From Candidatus Levyibacteriota bacterium (GTDB lineage: Bacteria; Patescibacteriota; Microgenomatia; Levybacterales; UBA12049), in contig JAJDCH010000016.1 of the NCBI GenBank assembly GCA_029260905.1, positions 2,985 through 66,984 of the forward strand: DNA of 64,000 bases, given 5' to 3'. The position numbers and the translations under genes are program-made. A model generated the notes under the pieces. The model was not told where the DNA came from and searched no databases. It worked only from the letters and a program-made list of their open reading frames with translations. Positions 21,425-30,644 of this stretch are shown in pieces. Numbering within the stretch: the first letter of the stretch is position 1; every line of letters starts with the position of its first letter.

Positions 21425-22246
21425 TTAGATCTTTTTCACTTGTAAAAAGTCCAGCTCTACTGGGGTTTCGCGACCGAAAATACTTACCAAAACTTTTATC
21501 TTGCCTCTTGCCTCATCAATATTATCAATTGTGCCAAGAAAATCTGAGAAAGGTCCGTCTGTAATCTTGACCGCCTCACCTACGGTAAATGCTGATTGGT
21601 AGAGAGGTTCTTCAATAGCCATGAATTTCTGGATTGCTTCTACTTCTTTTTCTGAAATTGGCGTTGGTTTGTTGCCTGCGCCGATGAAGCTCGTTACTCC
21701 CTGTGTGCCACGTACCATATGCCATGATTCATCATCAAGAACCATGCGGACGAGTACGTATCCTGGAAAGATTTTTTCTTTGACTGTTTCTTTTTTGCCC
21801 TGTGTTACTTTGATGGTATTTCGCATGGGAACGATGATGTCAAAGACTCGGTCTTCGAATTTCATTGATTCTACGCGCTGTTTTAGTGATCTGGCCACTT
21901 TGTTTTCGTGTCCTGCGTAGGTGTGGATGATGTACCATTTGGCATTGTCAGGAATTTTGACTGCTGGCTTGTCATCATTACCTGTGATACCAGTTGTATC
22001 AACCGAGTCAGGGGTTTGGTTTTCTTGTCCTGAGCTTGTTTGTGGTGAGCTTGCCGAATCCGCCGAAGGATCTGCTTTTTCATCGACAGCTTCTTCTTTT
22101 TCTGGGGCATCGTCTTTTTCTTCAACAGGGGATTCTTCCTTCTCTGCATTTTCTGTTTCTGGCTCAACAGATGCATCAGAAGCGTCCGCAACTACTGTGT
22201 CTTCTTCCTTTTTTTCTTCTTCTGGTTGTTTTTTTGTATCGTCCAT
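21425..22246 (-). CDS. nusG: Transcription termination/antitermination factor NusG with an ~100-aa acidic N-terminal extension
   Basis: 273 aa. The C-terminal 170 aa (WYIIHTYAGHENKV...KOW region GEAVKITDGPFSDFLGTI) is NusG. The N-terminal 100 aa is Asp/Glu/Ser/Pro-rich low complexity. Confidence 0.9.
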   Translation of the reverse strand: MDDTKKQPEEEKKEEDTVVADASDASVEPETENAEKEESPVEEKDDAPEKEEAVDEKADPSADSASSPQTSSGQENQTPDSVDTTGITGNDDKPAVKIPDNAKWYIIHTYAGHENKVARSLKQRVESMKFEDRVFDIIVPMRNTIKVTQGKKETVKEKIFPGYVLVRMVLDDESWHMVRGTQGVTSFIGAGNKPTPISEKEVEAIQKFMAIEEPLYQSAFTVGEAVKITDGPFSDFLGTIDNIDEARGKIKVLVSIFGRETPVELDFLQVKKI

Positions 22247-22321
22247 AAAATCCTAAACGTTTTGTATTTTTGTAATTAATATTTTGATATTGTATAAAGT
22301 TTAGAAATTAGTGCTTAGAAT

Positions 22322-22504
22322 TTATCTTAATATAAATTCCATTACTTTTGTAAATATATAATCAAGCGCTCCTATATAAAGACCGACTATTATACTTATT
22401 GTTATCACAATCATGGTCAGTCGCAAAACCTCTTTTCTGGTTGGCCATACAACTTGTTTTAATTCTTCGTATGTTTGCCTGAGAAAACTGGTTGGTGATG
22501 TCAT
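22322..22504 (-). CDS. secE: Preprotein translocase subunit SecE
   Basis: 60 aa with a single C-terminal TM helix. ELKQVVWPTRKEVL is the SecE signature. Located upstream of nusG. Confidence 0.8.
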   Translation of the reverse strand: MTSPTSFLRQTYEELKQVVWPTRKEVLRLTMIVITISIIVGLYIGALDYIFTKVMEFILR

Positions 22505-22613
22505 GAACTAAACAATAAATTAATATCCGCTTTTTACAGAGGAATTATGCTATTTTAGCAAATTAAATCATTCTTGACAACAAGTAGAGATAGGGAGTAG
22601 ACTTCGTCACAAT

Positions 22614-23096
22614 ATGGAAAGAAGAAAAGAAGCAAGTGGTTTTGAAATAGTTTTTGCAGGTCCTCTAACTGTAAATTTATTTGGGGGAATTGCTAGGCTT
22701 CGCGACAAAAAATGGGGGGGGGAAGAAGGGTTAGAATTCCTCGAAGTTACAGGCGTTCCTGGTGACTATAAGTTAAATCTTGTAACGATTGAGCAGTTAG
22801 AATCGTTTGAAGACAGAAAAAACTTATTTGAGCCTGCAATTCTTAGAAAGAATATTTTAAGAAAAGTAAGTGAGCCAACCGCTTCTGCTGCTTTAAAATC
22901 TGGATTGAGATATATTAATGGACAAAGCTGGAGTAAAAGAAGCAATATTTCAAGTGGCAGAATGTATGAGGACTCGTTTGTGCTGAAAGGGGAACAGGAC
23001 AAGATCATAATCTTTTCAGGCAAAAATAAGAAAATCGATATCTTCTCTATGCCAGCAAGTATTTCTCCAAGGCGTAGACAGTCATTTCCCAGATAA
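22614..23096 (+). CDS. Hypothetical protein
   Basis: 160-aa ORF. A TTGACA-N18-TAGACT promoter-like element lies just upstream at ~22574-22603. Confidence 0.35.
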   Translation: MERRKEASGFEIVFAGPLTVNLFGGIARLRDKKWGGEEGLEFLEVTGVPGDYKLNLVTIEQLESFEDRKNLFEPAILRKNILRKVSEPTASAALKSGLRYINGQSWSKRSNISSGRMYEDSFVLKGEQDKIIIFSGKNKKIDIFSMPASISPRRRQSFPR

Positions 23097-23115
23097 TTTT
23101 TTTAAAAAAGGACTG

Positions 23116-23144
23116 TTGACAAGGGATTATTTTGGATTTATAAT
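23116..23144 (+). promoter_or_regulatory. Perfect-consensus sigma70-type promoter (TTGACA-17 nt-TATAAT)
   Basis: TTGACA at 23116-23121, an exact 17-nt spacer, TATAAT at 23139-23144. A second TTGACA lies at 23206-23211 closer to the ORF. Confidence 0.6.
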
Positions 23145-23241
23145 CGCATTTATTGTTTTGGATTTTGTTTGTCTTGATAAGCCAACATAAACAAACGCAT
23201 AGGGCTTGACAAATAAAAAACAGAGTAGTAATTATAAAAAT

Positions 23242-23553
23242 ATGGCAGTAGTTGAAAGAAGAAAAGGTTTTGGTTTTCCATCCGTTGATTTAGGAATTAG
23301 AGATAGTGACAATGGCGGTGGTAGAAATAGGCAAAAATTTCGTGAACATCATAGAAGCGGAACAGTTACCAGTCTAGACTTATTTAGACCTGCAAGAGAG
23401 ACAAGTCAAGAACCTTCAACAGTTGAGGGTCCTGTGTTAGGGGATGCAGCTGCTCCATTAATATATAGCCCAGTAATCCCACTGTATCCCAAGAAGGGAT
23501 GGGATAGAAGAGGAAAAAAGACAATAAGAGAATGGAGAAAGTCTCGCCGCTAA
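23242..23553 (+). CDS. Small, highly basic, probably disordered protein
   Basis: The ORF track calls a TTG start at 23206, but that TTG is part of a TTGACA promoter box. The ATG at 23242 (MAVVERRKGFGF...) is the more likely start. The protein is R/K-rich throughout. Confidence 0.4.
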   Translation: MAVVERRKGFGFPSVDLGIRDSDNGGGRNRQKFREHHRSGTVTSLDLFRPARETSQEPSTVEGPVLGDAAAPLIYSPVIPLYPKKGWDRRGKKTIREWRKSRR

Positions 23554-23602
23554 AGCCTTACACCTTCTTGTAAACTTTTGAAACTCCATTTATAATAGAA
23601 CT

Positions 23603-24496
23603 ATGAATAAAAAAATCCGCAAGGCTGTTATTCCAGCAGCTGGGTTTGGGACACGTTTTCTTCCTCAGACCAAGGCCATGCCAAAGGAAATGCTCCCAAT
23701 TGTTGATAAGCCTGTTATTCAATACGTAGTTGAAGAGCTGGTTGATGCAGGAATCACAGATATCATAATTGTTACAGGTTATCACAAGAGAACGATTGAA
23801 GATCATTTTGATGCTGCCAACCTGGATTTGATTGAGAATCTTCGCATGGGAGGTCCCAAGAAACTTCCACTTCTTGAGCAGGTTGAAAAGATTTCCAATA
23901 TGGCAAATTTTATCTACATCCGTCAAAAAGGACCATATGGTAATGGTACACCGCTTCTTAATGCCAGACACATTATCGGCAATGAGCCTTTTATTTACAC
24001 CTTCTCAGATGATTTTATTGTTTCCAAACCATCCAGAATGAAACAAATGCTTGATGTTTATGATGAGTTTGGCTGTTCAGTGCTTGGAAGTGTTAAGGCA
24101 ACACATGATGATGACTATGACAGATATGGATTTGCGGGAGGAGAGGAGATAAGGCCAGGTCTTATTGATGTAAGTACTATTATAGAAAAACCAGGAAAAG
24201 ACAATGCGCCATCTGATCTTGCCAATGTTTCAGGATATGTATTTACACCTGACATTTTTGATTATCTTGACCATGTGCTTGAGAACTTGGGTGAGGGTGA
24301 AGAGTTTTATTACAATGACGCGCTGAAGCTGATGCTTAAAGATGGTAAAAAAGTTATGGCATCGGAGATAAAAGATGGTAAATATTATGACACAGGAAAT
24401 AAACTTGAGTATATGAAAACAGCAGTTGAATTTGCTCTCAAGCATCCAGATATAAATGGCAAATTCCGCCAATTCCTCAAAGAGCTGGAGATCTAG
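23603..24496 (+). CDS. galU: UTP--glucose-1-phosphate uridylyltransferase
   Basis: 297 aa. AVIPAAGFGTRFLPQTKAMPKEMLPIVDKPVIQYVVEE is the GalU N-terminal signature. Confidence 0.9.
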   Translation: MNKKIRKAVIPAAGFGTRFLPQTKAMPKEMLPIVDKPVIQYVVEELVDAGITDIIIVTGYHKRTIEDHFDAANLDLIENLRMGGPKKLPLLEQVEKISNMANFIYIRQKGPYGNGTPLLNARHIIGNEPFIYTFSDDFIVSKPSRMKQMLDVYDEFGCSVLGSVKATHDDDYDRYGFAGGEEIRPGLIDVSTIIEKPGKDNAPSDLANVSGYVFTPDIFDYLDHVLENLGEGEEFYYNDALKLMLKDGKKVMASEIKDGKYYDTGNKLEYMKTAVEFALKHPDINGKFRQFLKELEI

Positions 24497-24635
24497 AAAA
24501 ACGTAGCAAAATTACTCCTTTATACTACAAAATAAATAAATTTTAAAATTCAAACCTAAAACCATCGCAAATTTACGCTGGAGCGAAAAATGCGATATTA
24601 TTTTTGAATCTTTTAGTTAAGAAATACAAAATAGA

Positions 24636-25313
24636 GTGAGGCAGATTAATATATTGTATACTGGATTAATGTCTGGAAGATTTAAGTTTTTAATATCTGG
24701 AGTGGTTTTGTTTTTATTCTTCGTTTTTTTCTCCTATCTCGTTCATGAGGATTTGTTGACAAGTCTTGATTTCAATACGACTGTTAGATTGCAGGATAAT
24801 ATCGGTAGGAATTGGGATAGGGAGCTTTCATGGTTTTCTGAGATTGGAAAATTTGAAGTGATGACGGTTGCGCTTTTCGTAATTTTATTATTTACAAAAA
24901 AAATATTTGCTGGACTTTTGACATTTGGAATGTATGCTTCGTTTCATTTGATTGAGATTTTTGGAAAAGTATTTGTATCTCATAATCCGCCACCTGAATT
25001 TATGCTTCGTACCAAACACCTTCTTGATTTTCCGCAGTTTCATGTGCGGCTTGAAAATAGCTACCCATCAGGTCATGCAGGACGCGCGGTTTTTATATCG
25101 GTTATTTTGTTTGTACTTGTACTCCGAAGTAAGATGAAGCCACTTTTTAAGTTTGCTTTTTGCTTTTTGCTTTTTGCTTATTGTTTGATTATGCTCGTAT
25201 CGCGTATTTATCTGGGTGAGCATTGGTTGTCTGATGTGGTAGGCGGAGTAATTCTGGGTGGTGCGCTTGGGATGGTAAGTGGATGGGTAATTGTGGGGAA
25301 TCGAAAAAATTGA
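24636..25313 (+). CDS. PAP2-family membrane phosphatase (undecaprenyl-diphosphatase/PgpB-like)
   Basis: 225 aa. PAP2 motifs PSGH (SYPSGHAGRA) and SRxxxxxHxxxD (SRIYLGEHWLSDVVGG). Multiple TM helices. It contains a 7-mer tandem repeat that encodes FAFCFLLFAYCL. Confidence 0.75.
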   Translation: MRQINILYTGLMSGRFKFLISGVVLFLFFVFFSYLVHEDLLTSLDFNTTVRLQDNIGRNWDRELSWFSEIGKFEVMTVALFVILLFTKKIFAGLLTFGMYASFHLIEIFGKVFVSHNPPPEFMLRTKHLLDFPQFHVRLENSYPSGHAGRAVFISVILFVLVLRSKMKPLFKFAFCFLLFAYCLIMLVSRIYLGEHWLSDVVGGVILGGALGMVSGWVIVGNRKN

Positions 25314-25343
25314 CAAGAAAATAAAAAAAATTATAATCTACTT

Positions 25344-25739
25344 ATGGCTATTGCTTTAGAGACTGGTGAAAGAAACAGTCGTGCTTTTATGCAGGATGGA
25401 GATGTTGTAAGATTTAAGCCTGAGAGCTGCTCTGTTCAAGATACGAAGTTAAATGGAGGGTCGCAAAGAATATTGGAGTGGACAGATATTTGTGTATTGG
25501 ATGAGAAAACTGTAGTTCTTGAAAGTACTTGGATATCAGGTGGAAGAAGAGTTAGTGAGGTTTGCTTATACCAACGAAGATCGATAAACAGACTGAGAGG
25601 TATAACTGAAAAAGGTGAGCCGGTAGCGCTTCAATATAAAGGCAGGCTCTGGATGGCTGGTCATAAAGCTGCAAGAGCTTTCGTAGAGTCGCTTTCTTCT
25701 GCTACTAATCCATATTTTCCCATGTCTCCTCTGGGGTAA
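25344..25739 (+). CDS. Hypothetical protein
   Basis: 131-aa ORF with no recognisable motif. Confidence 0.3.
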   Translation: MAIALETGERNSRAFMQDGDVVRFKPESCSVQDTKLNGGSQRILEWTDICVLDEKTVVLESTWISGGRRVSEVCLYQRRSINRLRGITEKGEPVALQYKGRLWMAGHKAARAFVESLSSATNPYFPMSPLG

Positions 25740-25791
25740 TGATTACCTTATTCTTACTTGTGGGTTTTTAAATTTCTGCTAAGATAAAAAT

Positions 25792-26022
25792 ATGGAGTTG
25801 CAAAACACTTTTTATCTACTGGGGATTATATTTATGACTTTGAATATTTTTATTCTAGTTGGAATAATTACAATTGTTTTTGTTCTCAAAAATAAAGTTG
25901 ATAAGATTCAAAAGCAGATCGAGGAGAGAGTGGAAGACTTCAACGCATTGGTTGCAGATCCTGTCAAAAGAGCAGCTCAGATAGCAGGAGCATTTATCAA
26001 TAAATCAAGAGATAAGAAATGA
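25792..26022 (+). CDS. Small membrane protein
   Basis: 76 aa with one TM helix (LLGIIFMTLNIFILVGIITIVFVL) followed by a charged tail. Confidence 0.3.
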   Translation: MELQNTFYLLGIIFMTLNIFILVGIITIVFVLKNKVDKIQKQIEERVEDFNALVADPVKRAAQIAGAFINKSRDKK

Positions 26023-26024
26023 GA

Positions 26025-27338
26025 TTAAGCTGCAGCTTGTTGGACATTTCTTAGAACAGCTGCAAGATTTCTTAATTGAGGCAAAACTCCATTAACTATA
26101 ACTTCTTCTGTGAAATCTGGTTTTCCGGTTGTTCCAGTTTTGGTAGCTTCATTTACATGACGATGTCCGACAACGCTTTTTAAATCTTCAGGCGCATTGT
26201 CATATATTTCAGTATTTACATAATATGCCAAGTAAAGTGATGCTTGGAGTTGTTCAAAAGTCAAACTTCCTTGGGCACGAGTGGCATCGGTCATAATCTC
26301 TACTCCGGTACTGGTCGTATTACGAGGCGCAGCATGATTTGCTGCCTGTAAAGGGTTTCTCACAAGGAGATAGGCTATTCCCTCTCTGTCAATCAGCCAT
26401 TGCACAGAAAAACCATTAATTGCCATTCCATTTATAAATTGCTTGACACCCTCTTTTCCATCCTTGTAACCCATGCCAGTATGGTGAAGTATGAAATGCT
26501 CAGGATTTTTTATGATTCCAGAAGGATGTAACGAGCCTGCATTTTCAAATGCGCGTACAAATTCAGTGTTTATAGAATTTTTAAACTTTTCATAGCCTTC
26601 AGGGCTAAGCTTTATTTGGCTTAATTTTTCAAGAGTGATTTGATCTTCCAGCTTGTCAGCTTCACTCGACCTTAAGATTTCACCATCCCATCGTCTTTCA
26701 GCGGTGAGAGTATTGATTCTTTCAACATTTAACGATTCTTCCACCTGTTTTCTAATTTTATCTCCAAGCACTTTTGCATCTGGCATGCCAGATCTTATCT
26801 TATCAGCAAGAGCAGTTTCATTAATTTTTTGTTCTGGTTCTGCTTGGGGAGGGGTTTGCGCTGTTATGTCTGGAGCAGGAGTTCTGGCTGTGTCAGTCGT
26901 GAGTGGATGATTAGCTGTTTTTGTTCTTTGGAGTTTTTCTGGTACACTCGGTTTTGGCAATTCTGAGGAAGGAAAAGGTTCAGCGACAAGAGCAGGTGGA
27001 TTTATCTTAAAAGCATCTTGTACTCCTTCGTTTGTTTGGGCAACAGCTATGCCTGTAGGAAGCAAAACAGAGGAGAGTGCTGCAAGCGCTCTAAGTCTTC
27101 TTGGTTTTGTTGGTTTGATTTCTCGCTTTTGTCTGATTTCGTTTATTAGTCTTTTTGGTTCGTAATTTGTGAAAGAGTGTTTGGGAGTATAGCCTGTGCT
27201 TTCTGATTTTAACAAAGAAAAAGCGTTATACCCCAAGGAACGTTTTGGGACGTAGTCGGATGTATGCTTGCCGGGTTTGAACAGGGTAATTCCTCCTTCA
27301 CCTTTTCTTGTAAACAAATGTTTTGTGTGTCTTTCCAT
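26025..27338 (-). CDS. N-acetylmuramoyl-L-alanine amidase (Amidase_2/PGRP family), membrane-anchored
   Basis: 437 aa. C-terminal ILHHTGMGY...ANHAAPRN...VVGHRHV motifs of zinc amidase_2. N-terminal signal/anchor RRLRALAALSSVLLPTGIAVA and a Pro-rich linker. Confidence 0.75.
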   Translation of the reverse strand: MERHTKHLFTRKGEGGITLFKPGKHTSDYVPKRSLGYNAFSLLKSESTGYTPKHSFTNYEPKRLINEIRQKREIKPTKPRRLRALAALSSVLLPTGIAVAQTNEGVQDAFKINPPALVAEPFPSSELPKPSVPEKLQRTKTANHPLTTDTARTPAPDITAQTPPQAEPEQKINETALADKIRSGMPDAKVLGDKIRKQVEESLNVERINTLTAERRWDGEILRSSEADKLEDQITLEKLSQIKLSPEGYEKFKNSINTEFVRAFENAGSLHPSGIIKNPEHFILHHTGMGYKDGKEGVKQFINGMAINGFSVQWLIDREGIAYLLVRNPLQAANHAAPRNTTSTGVEIMTDATRAQGSLTFEQLQASLYLAYYVNTEIYDNAPEDLKSVVGHRHVNEATKTGTTGKPDFTEEVIVNGVLPQLRNLAAVLRNVQQAAA

Positions 27339-27426
27339 AAATAAATTTATCTAGGTTGAAATGTATCTAGATAAATGAGGCTGATTATATCAGACTATAA
27401 GATAAATGTCAAATAACTAGAAGTCT

Positions 27427-28134
27427 TTAGCGGATGTCTGAGAGGAAAGGATCTTTTTTGGCAACATAGTATTTTATGTAGCTTGTTGCATAAGGAGTTA
27501 AGCCACGAATTAAGCCCTTTTTAAATCTTCTGCCTGAAAATATGACAGGTAGATCGCTCATGAATTTTATTTTTCCAATTTCTCTCACCCTAAAGCTAAG
27601 TTCAGTATCTTCTTGCATATTGAGAAATTTATCAAAACCTCCTGCTTTTTCATATACATTTTTTCTGATCGCAAAACTAAATCCTGAGAGCCAATAATGT
27701 CTTAAAAAAATATTGTATAAGATCATAGAAGCAGGTTGGATAATGTTAAACAGTGTATTTCTGAACCAGCCACAATCATCAATCTTGCAAGTCCCAGTAA
27801 CTGCTGCGATTTTTTCATCTTTGAAATAACTGGTTATTTTCTCAATCCAATTCTCAGGCAGGGTTGTGTCTGCATCTGTTGAGAGGATGATATCTCCTTT
27901 TGCAGCTTCAAATCCTGTTGCTCTAGCAGGAGAGCGGCCTTTTTTGGTTTCCTTGACTACATTGATGTTTAGTTTGTCTTTGAATGAATTTGCGACACTC
28001 GATGTATTATCAGTCGAATTATTATCAATAACTATTATTTCATATTCTTTATCTGTTTTCTGAGCAGCAAGCGACTCAAGTGTTTTGACGATATTTTTTT
28101 CTTCGTTGTAGGCTGGGATAACGACTGAAATCAT
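27427..28134 (-). CDS. Family 2 glycosyltransferase
   Basis: 235 aa. MISVVIPAYNEE...IIVIDNNSTDNT...DADT is the GT2 DxD pattern. Confidence 0.8.
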   Translation of the reverse strand: MISVVIPAYNEEKNIVKTLESLAAQKTDKEYEIIVIDNNSTDNTSSVANSFKDKLNINVVKETKKGRSPARATGFEAAKGDIILSTDADTTLPENWIEKITSYFKDEKIAAVTGTCKIDDCGWFRNTLFNIIQPASMILYNIFLRHYWLSGFSFAIRKNVYEKAGGFDKFLNMQEDTELSFRVREIGKIKFMSDLPVIFSGRRFKKGLIRGLTPYATSYIKYYVAKKDPFLSDIR

Positions 28135-28146
28135 GATTGATAATTT

Positions 28147-29679
28147 TTACTCCCACTCCATTGTAGCGGGTGGTTTGGTAGTGATATCATAGACAACTCG
28201 TGAGACATCTGGTACTTCATTGACAATTCTGGATGAGATTTTTTGTAAAACAGAGTAGGGTATTTCGGCAATTTGTGAAGTCATCACATCAACAGATTCA
28301 TAGGCGCGGATCGCCACAACTTCTGCAAAAACCCGCGCATCACCCTTGACTGCAGTGCTATATGCACCAGTCATTACTGCAAAACACTGAAAGAGCCTGT
28401 CATAAAGCCTAGCTGATTTTAATTCTTCAACTATTATCGTATCTGCGATTTTGATTTGCTCAAGTCTTTTTTCTGTTACCTCCCCACGGATCTTTACAGC
28501 GTAACCTGGTCCTGGGAAGGGATGTTGCATGATGATATCTTCTGGAAGGTGAGAAAGTCTTCCAATTTCGCGTACTTCATCTTTGTAAAAATTCCGAACA
28601 GGTTCAAGTAGTTTTAGCTTCATATCTTTAGGAAGACCCCCTACATTGTGATGGGACTTGATGTGGCTGGCGTGCTTACTTCCCTTGGATTCAATCACAT
28701 CAGAATAGATTGTTCCTTGACCCAGAAAGGTTGCATCAGTATGTTTTGCTGCCTCTTCATTGAAAATATCGACATAAAGGCTGCCTATTTTTTTGCGTTT
28801 TTCTTCAGGATCTGTGACGGCCTTTAGGGCTTTAAGAAATCGTTCTCGCGCGTCAATAATGACCAGATCTGAGTTTATCAGCTTGGTAAAAATATATTTT
28901 ACCCTTTCAGCTGTTCCTTCACGCATCAGTCCTGATTCAACATAAACAGGAATTAGGTTTTTTCTGATTGCTTTGCCGACCAAAAAAGCAGCAACTGATG
29001 AATCAACACCACCTGATACTGCAAAAATAACCTTACTTTTTCCAACTATCTTATTCAAATCTTTAATTAGTTTTTCTGGGTCAAGTATTATTGGTTTAGT
29101 TTTTTCCCCGCAAATTTCAGCAAAGTTTTGGAGGATCATGTGTCCGTTTTCAGTGTGATGCGCTTCAGGATGGAATTGAAGGCCAAATAATTGTTTATCA
29201 AGATTTTGTACAGCCGAATATTCTACGCTTTTTGTGGAAGCCAAATTTTCAAATCCAGCAGGAAGTTTCATAACTGAATCACCATGGGACACATATACTT
29301 GGAACTTTTTCTCAGTAAGATTTTTCAAAATTCCTAATTCATGATTCTTAATTCCTAATTCGAGTTCCTCTGGTCCGTATTCTTTGGTTCCTGATCGGAC
29401 ATCTCCTCCCAAAAGATGCGCCATGATCTGCCAGCCGTAGCAAATACCAAGAATGGGAACTTTCAGATTAAAGAGGTCTTTTGATATATTAGGAGATGTT
29501 TTGTCATAGACTGATGCAGGACCACCTGAGAGAATTATGCCTCTGATTTCTGATTTCTGATTTCTGATCTTTGAGATGGCTTCTTCAGGATCTGTATATT
29601 CTGTTTGAATTCCGAGCTGTCTAAGTCTTCTTCCGATGAGGTGTGCAGTCTGTGAGCCAAAATCAACAATTAGGATCAT
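28147..29679 (-). CDS. guaA: GMP synthase (glutamine-hydrolysing)
   Basis: 510 aa. GATase1 domain (ILGICYGWQ, HPE) and ATP pyrophosphatase domain (SGGVDSSV). C-terminal ...PPATMEWE. Confidence 0.95.
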   Translation of the reverse strand: MILIVDFGSQTAHLIGRRLRQLGIQTEYTDPEEAISKIRNQKSEIRGIILSGGPASVYDKTSPNISKDLFNLKVPILGICYGWQIMAHLLGGDVRSGTKEYGPEELELGIKNHELGILKNLTEKKFQVYVSHGDSVMKLPAGFENLASTKSVEYSAVQNLDKQLFGLQFHPEAHHTENGHMILQNFAEICGEKTKPIILDPEKLIKDLNKIVGKSKVIFAVSGGVDSSVAAFLVGKAIRKNLIPVYVESGLMREGTAERVKYIFTKLINSDLVIIDARERFLKALKAVTDPEEKRKKIGSLYVDIFNEEAAKHTDATFLGQGTIYSDVIESKGSKHASHIKSHHNVGGLPKDMKLKLLEPVRNFYKDEVREIGRLSHLPEDIIMQHPFPGPGYAVKIRGEVTEKRLEQIKIADTIIVEELKSARLYDRLFQCFAVMTGAYSTAVKGDARVFAEVVAIRAYESVDVMTSQIAEIPYSVLQKISSRIVNEVPDVSRVVYDITTKPPATMEWE

Positions 29680-29802
29680 GAGGATATTATACCAGCTGTT
29701 GCTTTTTGGTAAAAGAGGAACAACTGTATTGACATTGATTTTGTTTGAATCTAATATGGTTTAATCATAAATAAAATAAACAAACAATGGATACTGAACG
29801 GA

Positions 29803-30162
29803 TTGACAGTTCCCTTTATCTATTTAGCTATTTTTCCCGTTTTCTTTCTGGATATAATTTTTGAAACTTATCATCGCATTTGTTTTCCTGTTTACAAATT
29901 GTCTTATATCAAAAGATCTCAGTTTATAAAAATTGACAGGCACAAATTAAGCTATCTTAGTTTTCGAGATAAGCTTCAGTGTGTTTATTGTGGCTACATA
30001 AATGGAGTCCTAGCATATGCAGTGAAAATCGCAGCTGAAACAGAAAAATATTGGTGTGCTATAAAGCATGCAAAATATAAAGATTTTGTAGAGCCTGTTC
30101 ACCACAAGGATTTTCTTGAATATGGTGATGAAGAAGCATTTAGAAAATTAAAAAAAGATTAG
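29803..30162 (+). CDS. Hypothetical protein, possibly membrane-associated
   Basis: 119-aa ORF with a hydrophobic N-terminus. No recognisable motif. Confidence 0.3.
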   Translation: MTVPFIYLAIFPVFFLDIIFETYHRICFPVYKLSYIKRSQFIKIDRHKLSYLSFRDKLQCVYCGYINGVLAYAVKIAAETEKYWCAIKHAKYKDFVEPVHHKDFLEYGDEEAFRKLKKD

Positions 30163-30170
30163 ACAATTAT

Positions 30171-30482
30171 TTATTGTATGTAAATTGTTTTTGAGGTAAC
30201 TGTTGGATTATATGTGTATCCTGTTTTGCGAATTGAAATGATTGTTGTTGTAAGACTGCCTGTTTGTTTTGTCCAGAAGCCATATTTGAATTCTCCCTGT
30301 TGATTTCCATTTTTTCCAATCGCTACTCCGTTATAGTTGTTTTCGGGGCTTTGTTGAGCTAGATCAAAAGTAGGAAATGAAACAGGTTGTTCTGTGGTTT
30401 CATCATATGCTTTTACTATCGTATTTATGTGTCTCCAGCCAAAATATGGTCCTTCAACAGTCATAATTATGTCTCCAGTCAT
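30171..30482 (-). CDS. Free-standing copy of the ~100-aa domain that also forms the C-terminus of the adjacent S8 protease
   Basis: 103 aa. MTVEGPYFGWRHINT...FWTKQTGSLTTTIISIRKTGYTYNPTVTSKTIYIQ aligns with the C-terminal 100 aa of the 30645..32405 protease and with the 32461..32958 protein. Confidence 0.5.
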   Translation of the reverse strand: MTGDIIMTVEGPYFGWRHINTIVKAYDETTEQPVSFPTFDLAQQSPENNYNGVAIGKNGNQQGEFKYGFWTKQTGSLTTTIISIRKTGYTYNPTVTSKTIYIQ

Positions 30483-30644
30483 TGTTGGTAAAGCTGCGTG
30501 CGTTTTGGGAGCAAGGACAAAAGAAAGGCTCAGAATACAAGCAAAGGCTAGAGAAAGTGAAAGACTAGATGAAAGTTTTTTTAAAAATTTATGTTCTTAT
30601 TTATAGTTTAGTTAAAAAATAATTTGTTTGTCAATAAATAATAA

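Noticed and set aside
23558-23971. 137-aa minus-strand ORF
   Set aside because: Completely overlaps the confidently identified galU on the opposite strand. Its composition is typical of an antisense shadow ORF.
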